IMG/VR virus record: IMGVR_UViG_3300021057_000274
Span: 186,001 to 250,000 of that record
Direction: 5' to 3' (one strand)
DNA: 64,000 bases
Part shown: positions 37,440 to 46,600 of the stretch, piece after piece
Layout: each line of letters opens with the position of its first letter
Position numbering within the stretch: the first letter of the stretch is position 1
Made by a program: the position numbers and the translations under genes
Notes under the pieces: generated by a model
The model's database searches: none
What the model saw: only the letters and a program-made list of their open reading frames with translations
What the model was told of the DNA's origin: nothing

Positions 37440-37888
37440 CGACTTGGGACGCTCCGTGGGTACAGCCGGGTGAGGCGCCGACGCAGATCGAGGGCAACCT
37501 CTGGATCGGCGCCTTCCCTCAACCGTGGGTGCGCCGCCAGTTTGACTACATCGTGTCGGTCGTCGACGCGAAGTTCTTCCCCGAGAAGCCCGGACAGATT
37601 CACGTCTGCATGCCCTTCGAGGACTCACCTGACGTCAAGCCTGTCTACTTTCACGCGATCGCTGACCTCGCTCACCGCTTCGTTCAGGACAGACCGACGC
37701 TCGTCCACTGTCAGCACGGGTACAACAGGTCAGGGGTGATCGTCGCCCTGACGCTGTTGCGGATGGGTTGGGAGCCCGAGAGGGCGGTCAATCACATCCG
37801 TGAAAAGCGTGGTGCTTCGGCCCTGTCGAACTACCACTTTCGCAACTGGATCTTAAGTAGTGCTCTACGAGCTCTGGCAGACTCCTAA
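37436..37888 (+). CDS. Dual-specificity protein phosphatase
   Basis: LVHCQHGYNRSG (HCx5R), LWIGA, PFED, IREKR. Confidence 0.88.
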   Translation: MTTWDAPWVQPGEAPTQIEGNLWIGAFPQPWVRRQFDYIVSVVDAKFFPEKPGQIHVCMPFEDSPDVKPVYFHAIADLAHRFVQDRPTLVHCQHGYNRSGVIVALTLLRMGWEPERAVNHIREKRGASALSNYHFRNWILSSALRALADS

Positions 37889-38441
37889 AGGTCAACTTCT
37901 CATCCCCACGGACAACGTCTCCTCGATTGAGGCGGAGTCTAAGAAGCTACACACCATCTTCGCGAGAAACATCGCGGAGGCGGAGCATCTTCGCGCCGAG
38001 TACACGCGCAAGATGATCAAGCAGCGAGGCACCACTGACTGCTCCGTCGCGACCGTCGCCATGGCCGCAGACGTGCCCTACGAGACCGTTCTAGAGAAAA
38101 CGCCCGCGGATGTCGTCGAGATCTTGCTCAGCAAGGGTTGCCTCGACAAGCACATGAGCGCGATGCTCAACGCGCTCGGCTACGAGAACTTCGTCGACTA
38201 CGAGAGACGAATCTTCTCGTGCCACTACGCGACGACATCCTTCACGCGAAACATGCTGTGGGGTCGTCGCGCGATCCTTACCGTGATGTCGAAGAACGTG
38301 CGTGACGGACAGCACAACATCTACTGGGACGGTCGGCAGCTCTTTGACCCGTCACCCTTGCAAGTTTACTATTGGCACGAGGTTGAGCCGATCGAGATCA
38401 TCTTCTTTGACGAATCTCGGCTTCGCAATAGAAAAAATTAA
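37860..38441 (+). CDS. Papain-fold C39-like peptidase domain protein
   Basis: IKQRGTTDCSVATVAM (Q..C), H.IYWDG..FDP. Confidence 0.6.
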   Translation: MLYELWQTPKGQLLIPTDNVSSIEAESKKLHTIFARNIAEAEHLRAEYTRKMIKQRGTTDCSVATVAMAADVPYETVLEKTPADVVEILLSKGCLDKHMSAMLNALGYENFVDYERRIFSCHYATTSFTRNMLWGRRAILTVMSKNVRDGQHNIYWDGRQLFDPSPLQVYYWHEVEPIEIIFFDESRLRNRKN

Positions 38442-38456
38442 GGATCTATTTCACTC

Positions 38457-38464
38457 TATAAATA
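38457..38464 (+). promoter_or_regulatory. Late promoter TATAAATA (exact T4 consensus), leaderless
   Basis: 4 nt before the GTG at 38469. Confidence 0.75.
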
Positions 38465-38468
38465 GAGA

Positions 38469-39125
38469 GTGGGTGGAATCTATAAGATATGCAACATCAA
38501 AGACGGCACCGTTTATATCGGTAGCGCGAAGGATTTTGTAGATCGTGAGGGAAGGCATTTCTACAATCTCACGCATAATTGTCATGTCAATCCCCACTTG
38601 CAGAGAGCGTACACTAGAGACGGCCGAGAATCATTCAAATTTTTGATCGTTGAGGTGATCGAGCCTTACGATAAGCTCACTTACTTCGCCAGGGAAAATC
38701 ATTTCATTGAGCTACACAAAACTAATGGTAAAGTTTATAACATAGCAAAAGCTGAGGGCGGGTGGACGCATCATACCTATCTTCGAAAGCGCGAGATAGG
38801 TAAGAAGATAAGCGTAGCTAGGCGAAAAACATTGTGCGCCATGTCAGCCGAAGATCGTAGGAAGAAATACGGGCATAGGCGAGGTACAAAATTAACTGAA
38901 GAAGAGAAGATAAATGTAAGCAAGAAGCTCAAAGGGGTCGTGAGATCTCCAGAAACTCGAGAAAAGATGCGCCTTGCAAAATTGGGTAAACCTTCTAAAT
39001 TGAAGGGAGTCCCCAAGAGTGAAGAGACGAAGCGAAAAATGAGTATAGCCCAGTTGGGCCACCCAGTCTCCGATGAGGCCAAGGCTAAAATGAGAGCCGC
39101 CAAATTACGGCGAAGGACCCTTTAA
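38469..39125 (+). CDS. GIY-YIG homing endonuclease with NUMOD3 repeats
   Basis: GIYKICN..VYIGSA..R..H..H.NPHLQRAY; SPETREKMR and SEETKRKMS; AT-rich relative to the flanks. Confidence 0.9.
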   Translation: MGGIYKICNIKDGTVYIGSAKDFVDREGRHFYNLTHNCHVNPHLQRAYTRDGRESFKFLIVEVIEPYDKLTYFARENHFIELHKTNGKVYNIAKAEGGWTHHTYLRKREIGKKISVARRKTLCAMSAEDRRKKYGHRRGTKLTEEEKINVSKKLKGVVRSPETREKMRLAKLGKPSKLKGVPKSEETKRKMSIAQLGHPVSDEAKAKMRAAKLRRRTL

Positions 39126-39700
39126 TGACAGAGCCGTTATTGCAAGAAGTAAAACCCAAGAAGAAAAAGATTAATTCTCGTAAGAAGGGGAATAATTTCG
39201 AGGGACACATCGGTCACACCCTCGCCGCGGCGCTCCCGCCCCTCCAATTTCGTCGATCCCAGCAGTCAGGCGCCATCCTCGGCGGTGTCAACGCTAAGTT
39301 CTTAGAGAACTTCTCGACAGACGCCAAGGTCCTCTTCGTCGGTGACGTCGTCCCGACCAACGAGGCGGACGTCTTTCGCGACCACGGTTGGAAGTTTCGG
39401 TTCACCCTCGAGTGCAAGTTCTACAAGACACCCGAGAACATCGAGCACCTGATCGAAGCCAAGCGAATTCGCGACTGGTTCTCGAAGGCGGTCACCGACG
39501 CGGGGAAGGTCGGGAAGGAGCCGCTCCTCATCTTCAAGTTCAACCACACGGCTACTTTTTGCGCTGCGCGGTTAGGAACTGCCCCCTCAACGATCAAGAA
39601 CAAGCTTGTTCTGGTCGATGAGAACGCCAAGAACGTGATCGAGGTTTTCCTCTTTGACGAGGTGCTCGCGATCACCGATTGGTGGCGAACCAGTTCGTGA
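39125..39700 (+). CDS. Holliday junction resolvase-like PD-(D/E)xK nuclease
   Basis: NSRKKGNNFE, SGA, GDV, LECK, PLLIFKFN. Confidence 0.75.
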   Translation: MTEPLLQEVKPKKKKINSRKKGNNFEGHIGHTLAAALPPLQFRRSQQSGAILGGVNAKFLENFSTDAKVLFVGDVVPTNEADVFRDHGWKFRFTLECKFYKTPENIEHLIEAKRIRDWFSKAVTDAGKVGKEPLLIFKFNHTATFCAARLGTAPSTIKNKLVLVDENAKNVIEVFLFDEVLAITDWWRTSS

Positions 39701-39712
39701 TACAATAGTCAA

Positions 39713-39874
39713 GTGAGAGATCAAGCTCCCGGCATCTTGTTCGTGATCGGCTTCGGCAACCTATTGCTAGAGCCGATGTACTTCTCTCACCTACAGCAGA
39801 CGCCCGTTTACTACTGGCTTCTCTTCCAAACTCTGATGGTCTTCCTGTGGGCGTATCACGAGAAAGATCGGTAG
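39713..39874 (+). CDS. Small two-hydrophobic-segment membrane protein (53 aa; not in track)
   Basis: GTG 6 nt after TGnTACAAT; MRDQAPGILFVIGFGNLLL..YYWLLFQTLMVFLWAY. Confidence 0.5.
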   Translation: MRDQAPGILFVIGFGNLLLEPMYFSHLQQTPVYYWLLFQTLMVFLWAYHEKDR

Positions 39875-40314
39875 TCGCCCTCTTCGGGACCTACGACAGC
39901 AGCTCGTGGCGTGACCGCTTCATCGCGCGCTACGACGAGCTCGGCATCACGTACTACAATCCGATCGGTGAGAAGAGAGACATCGCCGCCGAGGTGGTTC
40001 AGCTCTCGACGGCGCCGATCGTGCTTCTCCCGATCACGAGTGACTCCACCGGCTTCGAGTCCCTCGTCGAGGTCGGGTTCGCCGCTGGCTCCCTGCACCT
40101 CAACCCGACTCGCACGCTAGTCACCTACATCGCGCCGACGGTCAGCCAATCCGTGAGGCTCAGGGATCTAGAGCTAGCCGACGCTTCGAACCGAGCGCGC
40201 AAGCTCGCGATCGCGCACCTCGCTTACCTGAAGTCACCCCAGATCATCCTGGTCAACGACCTAACCGAGATGCTGATGAAGAGCATCGAGCTGTGCGGAG
40301 TCAAGAACTCATGA
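39847..40314 (+). CDS. Nucleoside 2-deoxyribosyltransferase-like (flavodoxin-fold) protein
   Basis: VALFGT..SSWRD..YYNP..E..SLVEVGF pattern. Confidence 0.6.
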   Translation: MGVSRERSVVALFGTYDSSSWRDRFIARYDELGITYYNPIGEKRDIAAEVVQLSTAPIVLLPITSDSTGFESLVEVGFAAGSLHLNPTRTLVTYIAPTVSQSVRLRDLELADASNRARKLAIAHLAYLKSPQIILVNDLTEMLMKSIELCGVKNS

Positions 40315-40326
40315 CTGGATCTTATC

Positions 40327-40554
40327 ATGGGATGTGAATACTGCAAGGTACCAGACAGATGTGAGGGTTATCATCGAACAGGACGTCCTTGTTCAGCGCC
40401 CATCGACGCCCCCTTGTCAGCCAGAGAGGGACGGAAGTGTAACTGCGGTGGCGACGTCGAGGGTCACTGCATCGATGACGTCTACGATGACTGGCGTTAC
40501 TATTGCGTCACCGGGTGCGGCAAGACCTGGGTCGAGGAGGGCGGCGACGCTTGA
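40327..40554 (+). CDS. Small Cys-rich (zinc-binding) protein
   Basis: CEYC, CNCGG, C..GCGK. Confidence 0.55.
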   Translation: MGCEYCKVPDRCEGYHRTGRPCSAPIDAPLSAREGRKCNCGGDVEGHCIDDVYDDWRYYCVTGCGKTWVEEGGDA

Positions 40555-40610
40555 ATAATTTCTAGCCTCAAGCTTTGATGTTACCTTGTCCTCTTACCCG
40601 AGAGGACATC

Positions 40611-41120
40611 ATGAACCAACAAGTCGCGAAAGCGATCCGCAAGCACCTCCGTCAGATCGAAGCCGACGCCCGCAAGCGCGAGGGCGTCGAGGAACCCAAG
40701 GGACCACGCTCTCTCCGTCGCCGCGGAACCCGAGCCTACTACGAGCTCGAAAAACGTCGCCCCTTCCGCGTCCAGGTCACCGAGACCAAGAACGAGGACG
40801 GTACGGACGGCGAGCCGAAGCTCGAGAAGGTCGACATCGGCGCCGGACAGCTGGTCAACGCTCCGAGCACCACCCGCGGGCGCTACCTCGTGCTCAAGAA
40901 GTCGATCACCCGCACGATCCAGCGCCGCACCCTCGAGAGACACCTCGGCGGCAAGAAGGCCCTCAAGAAGCATGACGACAAGCTCGCGGCCGAAAAGCGC
41001 GAGGACGCGAGGCGGGCCAAGCGTCTCGAGCGCCGCCGCAAGGCCGCTAAGATCGGTTGGGAGGCGTTCAAGGTGCGTGAGGCGAAGCGACGTGAGGCGA
41101 GGGCCGCGGCGGTCGCGTGA
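40611..41120 (+). CDS. Highly basic hypothetical protein
   Basis: ATG 40611 with GAGG SD; Arg/Lys-rich. Confidence 0.7.
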   Translation: MNQQVAKAIRKHLRQIEADARKREGVEEPKGPRSLRRRGTRAYYELEKRRPFRVQVTETKNEDGTDGEPKLEKVDIGAGQLVNAPSTTRGRYLVLKKSITRTIQRRTLERHLGGKKALKKHDDKLAAEKREDARRAKRLERRRKAAKIGWEAFKVREAKRREARAAAVA

Positions 41121-41659
41121 TCGAGATCACCAAGATCATCCCGGGAGAGATGCCAGCGCTCGCTCGTTGGCTCGAGGCGGAGGTCAAGCCTCAGCTGACG
41201 GGAGACGTCAGCAACTACTCCAAGGGGCGTCCGCGCTGCTGGCTGCGGATCGAGCCGGGGCTGATCAGCAAGATCAAGGACCAGCCAGGCGTTCACACAC
41301 CTAACGAATACTGGGAATTTCTCGAGTGGATCACCGGGTGGCGGTTTGACTATTGCCTGGTGACCTACTCGGGCGACGAGACGCCCGTGGGCATCACCCC
41401 TCACCGCGACTCGGGCTTCGCTGACTACGAGGCCTACGGGCTCAACATCACCAGCACCTCCGAGTTTCGCTACTGGAACGCTCGCAACTCCTTCGGGTTC
41501 TCCCACCCGGTGAGAGAGCTGACGGCGTACGACCCGCCGACCCACGTCGTCGAGCAAACTCCGGGGATGGTAACTCGCTTCAATTGCAAGAACATCCACG
41601 CCGCGATACCCCAGCCGAAGCGGTGGGCGATGAACTTCTGGCGGAAGAAGAAAAGGTAG
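41117..41659 (+). CDS. 2OG-Fe(II) oxygenase, AlkB-like
   Basis: CLVTYSG..GITPHRD (HxD), distal H (NIHAA) and R (KRWAMNFW). Confidence 0.7.
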   Translation: MIEITKIIPGEMPALARWLEAEVKPQLTGDVSNYSKGRPRCWLRIEPGLISKIKDQPGVHTPNEYWEFLEWITGWRFDYCLVTYSGDETPVGITPHRDSGFADYEAYGLNITSTSEFRYWNARNSFGFSHPVRELTAYDPPTHVVEQTPGMVTRFNCKNIHAAIPQPKRWAMNFWRKKKR

Positions 41660-42051
41660 TGGCCCGCGGGGTCAAGGCGGGATCCGTTCGGGGTCCCTAT
41701 CGCAAGACGACGCAGAAGATCGAGCGGTTTCGGGTCGAGCTCAATCGGGCGCTGATCCTGGCGATCGACAATGACCGATCTCTGCCCGCGGAGAAGTTTT
41801 ACACCGGTAGAGAGATCCGCCAGCGATTCGGCCTGTCAGCTCTCGTCGAGTTCCGAGAGTGGTTTAGCTCTGAGCAGAGCTTCGACAATGACAGGGCTGA
41901 TCAGATCCTCCAAGCGTTTCGCTCGGGTAAGATCAACCAACGGACCTACACCTCTAGAATCAATCGCTGCTTCAAGTGGCGCTGGCGTCTCAAGCTCGGG
42001 CGAGTGATCGACGCGAGGTCGATCGTCAGGCCGGCGGTGCTCGAGTTTTAA
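41659..42051 (+). CDS. Basic hypothetical protein
   Basis: TAGTG-coupled start at 41659. Confidence 0.55.
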   Translation: MARGVKAGSVRGPYRKTTQKIERFRVELNRALILAIDNDRSLPAEKFYTGREIRQRFGLSALVEFREWFSSEQSFDNDRADQILQAFRSGKINQRTYTSRINRCFKWRWRLKLGRVIDARSIVRPAVLEF

Positions 42052-42142
42052 GTCAGGCTAAACCTGTACTAAATTGTAACATCATATAGTATAGATAGTA
42101 AGAAGAAGCAACTGAGGTGTCAAATTAAATGCACACCTCTAG

Positions 42143-42247
42143 ACGACGGGCGCTAGCCCGTCCGCCGCGCCAGCGGCGAAAGATAGGAAAGTTACCGATT
42201 AGAAGCTGCGCCGGGAGAGACCCGGCGGACGGGCTAGCGCCCGTCGT
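42143..42247. repeat. 25-bp perfect inverted repeats flanking a 55-nt spacer (nested hairpins)
   Basis: acgacgggcgctagcccgtccgccg (42143-42167) is the exact reverse complement of 42223-42247. Confidence 0.95.
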
Positions 42248-42484
42248 TCACACGAAGGGGTGTCCGCCCTTCTTCATCAAGTCTCCCGCTTCCTTCATCC
42301 GCTTGTTCAAGAAGTCGACCGCTCGATCACGCTCAGCTGGAGTGAGCGCCCACACGTCATCCCTCGTCATCGCCCCTCGAAACCAGTAGAGGATCTGGTT
42401 GAGTTGTTCGATGAGAGCTTCATTGTCACGGGTGAACGAGTTGATCACGGTCTGGATCAGCTCTCCGTTGTTGGTACCGATCAC
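42248..42484 (-). CDS. Baseplate hub assembly protein, gp51-like
   Basis: LYWFRGAMTRDDVWALTPAERD..FLNKR; directly follows the gp26-like gene. Confidence 0.6.
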   Translation of the reverse strand: MIGTNNGELIQTVINSFTRDNEALIEQLNQILYWFRGAMTRDDVWALTPAERDRAVDFLNKRMKEAGDLMKKGGHPFV

Positions 42485-43296
42485 CCGGAGAAAAAATTTA
42501 TCGGATTCAAGTCGAGATCATAGTCAAAGATCGCGTTGCAATCTTTACAGGTCAATTTCTGCTTGAAGTCGATCCCCCAGTCAGACGCTTCGTTCGCACG
42601 TTTGACGATCATGTCGATGCTGGTCTTTTGAAGCGCCGCGAGCCACTCGTAGATGAAACCAGACTCGGTCACTCTCTGGCCGTCATCCTCTACCGCTGCG
42701 ATCACCGTTAGCAAGTCATTTAAGACCATCTTCTCTAGCATCTGGCGCGGGACGATCTCTCCGCGCATCTCGATCTTCAGAATGTCCTGTCTAAAATTGA
42801 TCTGAGCGATTGTCTCAGAGAACTTAACAGGACGTAGAGTGACGATCTGGCCGTTCTCGAGCGGACACGTGAAGAGGAGATCACGCTTGTCGAGCAGCTC
42901 AGTTCGCATGTTCGAGATCATCTGTGCGAGGCTGACGTTGTAAGTGTGCTCCTTAGCGTTAGCACAGTTGTGCTTAGCAGCGACGGTCTTCACGTCGCCG
43001 TAGGTAGAGGACATGAGAAAGCAGAAGATCGCGTCGACATCCTTGGAGAGGAGATCGTCTGGCTTGAGGATCTCGGGGATGCACTCTTGGCAAACCTCCT
43101 CTAGAACCTTCGCGCTGATCAACAAGTCGGCTGACTTGAGCTTCATCTCGGCGAGCGCTGACATGGGCTTGACCTGGATCTCACCCTGCTTGGCGCTGGG
43201 AGCTAGCACACCAGGGTCGTAAAAGAGAGCCTTCGACGGAAGCTGGAAGACCTTCCCAGGGAGCTTGACCTTCGCGAGAAGGGGATTGTTTGACAT
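42481..43296 (-). CDS. gp26: Baseplate hub subunit/assembly chaperone, gp26-like
   Basis: LPSKALFY, VKPMSA..E, DVDAIF..STYG, CKDC, NFF C-terminus. Confidence 0.75.
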   Translation of the reverse strand: MSNNPLLAKVKLPGKVFQLPSKALFYDPGVLAPSAKQGEIQVKPMSALAEMKLKSADLLISAKVLEEVCQECIPEILKPDDLLSKDVDAIFCFLMSSTYGDVKTVAAKHNCANAKEHTYNVSLAQMISNMRTELLDKRDLLFTCPLENGQIVTLRPVKFSETIAQINFRQDILKIEMRGEIVPRQMLEKMVLNDLLTVIAAVEDDGQRVTESGFIYEWLAALQKTSIDMIVKRANEASDWGIDFKQKLTCKDCNAIFDYDLDLNPINFFSG

Positions 43297-43315
43297 GCGA
43301 GTTACCTCTGGTATG

Positions 43316-43684
43316 TTATGGCTTCTTATTTATCAAGCCTGGAGTGGGTTTCTGGCGAACATTTTTTACCTCTGGCTTGTTAAACATCCCGGTCTTAGTG
43401 AGCTGCATGTTGCGAAAGGGCGGAGGCACGACCGCCCAGAGCGGGCACTTAGCAACGAGCGACGGGGTGACGATCGGGTCAAGCCCTTGCTCGATCCGCT
43501 GCAGGTTGACCTGGATGAGCCACTTGATGAAGATCTCCTTTAGATTGTGCGGAGTCGTCGGGAGGGCGTTGAGATCAAGAAACAAGCCAGAGGTGTTGAG
43601 GAGAATTCCCTTGAGCTTGGTGTAATGCTCCTCGATCTCCTTGACGTCTACCGACTCGGTCATCTTTTTAAGGAGATCAGGCAT
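43316..43684 (-). CDS. Hypothetical protein
   Basis: Start revised to ATG 43684, just downstream of the minus-strand late promoter. Confidence 0.6.
   Translation of the reverse strand: MPDLLKKMTESVDVKEIEEHYTKLKGILLNTSGLFLDLNALPTTPHNLKEIFIKWLIQVNLQRIEQGLDPIVTPSLVAKCPLWAVVPPPFRNMQLTKTGMFNKPEVKNVRQKPTPGLINKKP
43327..43332 (-). promoter_or_regulatory. Late promoter (TAAATA)
   Basis: gATAAATAa upstream of gp26. Confidence 0.55.
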
Positions 43685-43685
43685 G

Positions 43686-43698
43686 TAAATAGTATTTA
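43686..43698. promoter_or_regulatory. Palindromic bidirectional late promoter TAAATA-G-TATTTA
   Basis: Lies between CAT (43682-43684) and ATG (43698-43700) of divergent genes. Confidence 0.75.
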
Positions 43699-46600
43699 TG
43701 TCCAGAGAAAACACCGCTCAGTCGATCTTAGACCGCAACCGCATGCTTGACTCAGCGGCGAAGGAGATGCGCCACGCGTCCAAGATGTTCACGAAGATCG
43801 GTGAGCATCTCTCTAACGCAAATCTTGATAAGCTAGCTGTCAACGTGAAGGAGCAGCTCAAGCGTCTCGACCTCGTCGACGAGAAGATGCTCAAGGAGAT
43901 CGGCAACTCTGCGAAAGATCTTGCGATTCTCCTCGACAAGCTTGAGGATCAAGCCTCATCGGCAGCTCAGCGCCAGAAGGACATCGCGCATGAGATGGCC
44001 GATCTCTGGAAGAAGTCTAGACAAGGGGCTACCTGGAGGAAAGATCATCCTCTCCAGCAATCCGCCGAAATTCGAGATGAGAAGGCCCGCTACTTGAAGC
44101 TAGGCCGTGAGGCTGAGTTGCTCAAGGCCCACAAGGCGAAGATGGATCAGCTTCGCGAGGAGGTTTTAGCTGGTAAGGAGTTCGGAGGGGTACTGAACAC
44201 GGCTACTAAGGGGCTAAGCGATCTCACTAAGTCAGTCAAGGGCACGATCGTGGCGTTTGCGTCGATTCACATGGCCTTGAATCTCTTGAAGAGAGCCGCG
44301 ACGACGATCTACACTGAACTCACTGATCTGTCTCAGAAGGGCCTGTTAGGAGCTTCTGGCACCTTTCAAAAGCATGGCTTTGGGCTGTCGTTGAGCGCCA
44401 AGGAGCAAGGTCAGATCATCGATCAAAATCGTAACCTGATCTTGATGCTGGGTGGTGGTGTAAACGCGATCGACCTTTTTCTTGATGACATTCGTGACTC
44501 TCGGAAGGAGCTCGAGTTCTTAGGCACTGCGTCGGCCGCGGCGACGGCCAGGTTCTCGAAGCTCACTCAAGAGTTCGGCTTCGAGCGACGCGACGACTCA
44601 CCCCAGGAGACCATCGAGCGCAACAAGAAGATGCGCAAGGGGTTCATGGAACAGTACAAGGTGTTCGCCGGGGCGTTCGGTGACTCAGCTGACCAATTCG
44701 CTACGATGTACGAGACGCTGCTTAACGAGGAGAGCATCCGTACTCGTTTGAATGTTCTTGGGCGAAGAGAGGCAGAGCTCTACACCCAAGAGCTGATGAC
44801 TCGCACGCAAAACTTGCGGATGATGGGCTTATCGAATCAGCAGATCAGCGAGTTCAACAAGAAGCTCAGCGACATGTTCGATCCGAAGAAGAACACCCTC
44901 GTCGAGAGAACGAAGGCTGGCGCGGACATGCTCTCGGTGGTGAACATCATCAGACCGATGCTAGAGCAATTTGGATTGGCCGATCTCGCGCTAGAGCTGG
45001 AAGAAACTCTCCCGGCGCTGAACGAGTACATTCGCACGGCGATGGATCCGGGGGCGACGGAAGAGGACATTCAGAAGCTAGAGGCGACGGACAGAGTGGC
45101 TTACGCTCAAGCTGCGTTCCAAAAGGCCGTCAGCGCGCTTCAACGAGAATCATCTGGCAGGGCAAGAATTCCGATTCAGGGGATCACCCAGAACGGAGCT
45201 AGTCCGCTCTTCTCTCACACGATGGAGCGAGGCCAGGTGCTCAGCACAAAGATAGCTACTGGTGAGTACATCCCAGAAGCCGATCGTGCCAGACGGGCCG
45301 CTGAAGCCAAAGCTCTAGCCGAGGGCAAGAAGCTTCCCGGCAGTGGAACCTTTAAGCTGAGTGACTTCGTACCTCCAGAGTTCAAGCAAGGACTACTCGA
45401 CGCCGGGAAGTCTATTGAAGCGTGGGCAAACACGTGGACGAAGAAGTTCGGTGTAGACTTGACTGGATCGACGGAGACTGTCATCAGCTGGTTTGGTCAG
45501 CTGGGCGATAGCTTGCTAGAGACGATCGGAGTCACTAACGATCTGGGTAAGAACTACGGTGACCTCTCTGACATCGTCGGCAAGGTCAGGTCGATTCTAA
45601 GCGAAAATTGGCTTACCTTATTTGTCGGTGCGGTCGTGGCAGGCACGGCGGCGCTAGGACTGTTTGCCTTCCAAGTAGCTCGTGCAACCGCAGCTCTACA
45701 AAACCTCGGAGGACCGAGCCTTCCCGGAGGAACGCCTAGCGGTGGTACTCCGGACAAGCCGACTGGTAAGGGATCCGGGCATCGGTCCAACCGGCCGGGC
45801 GGGGGAGGTCCTCGAGCACCTGGACGAGTGCCCATGCCGACGGGAGCGGGTGCTGCGAGTGCAGCAGGTGTGGCTGCCCGGGGATTCCTTGGAGTCGCAA
45901 CGGGGCCGGTAGGTTTGGCTCTAACCGCATTGAGTGCAGCCGACGTAGCCACGGGCGGAGCTATCACCGGAGCAGCTGCTACTGGAGTCACTAATGCTAT
46001 GATGTATGGCCGTGATCGAGAGGTCGCTGACATGCTCGCTGGAAAACCCGGACGAGGCGCGGCGCCGCAGTCATTTCAAGCTGCTCCAAACGCTGACGTT
46101 AGCGGATTGCACCCGAGCGTCCAGTCTAGATTTCGAGCGATGGCTGACGAGTACTACCAGATGACTGGCAACCAAATCAAAGTCACCAGCGCGAGGAGAA
46201 CTACCCAACAGCAGATCAAGCTCTACCAGGACTACATCGACGGAAGGAGCAAGCTCCCCGCGGCAAAGCCTGGAACATCCCTCCACGAGCGCGGCTTAGC
46301 GCTCGACATCGACGCGAAGCAAGCGCAAGATCTACATCTATCAGGCTTGCTCCAGAAGCACGGATTTACCTGGCCGATGCCCCAGAGAGATCCGGTTCAC
46401 ATCCAGACGCAGGGCGCCCAAGGCATGGGTGATCCAGTTGAGCAAAACATCGTCGCACCAGATAAAAAGGTGCTCGAGGAGCTGAAGCGCCAGACCTTCA
46501 TCATCGATCGTGACACCTATGGCGCTCGGGCCGTCGAAGAGCTCAAGCGGATCTCGGCGACGATCGTCGACAAGAGCGGAGCTCAAGATTACTTCCTCGA

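Noticed and set aside
38469-39125. Group I intron around the GIY-YIG genes
   Set aside because: Flanking genes are intact and the intergenic gaps are too short for intron core structure; the nucleases are free-standing.
42143-42247. Retron msr-msd or tRNA interpretation of the inverted-repeat element
   Set aside because: No reverse transcriptase nearby, and no cloverleaf or TTC T-loop signature.
42129-42389. 86-aa + strand ORF across the inverted-repeat element
   Set aside because: Arg/Pro-rich translation of the palindromes, overlapping the gp51-like gene antisense.
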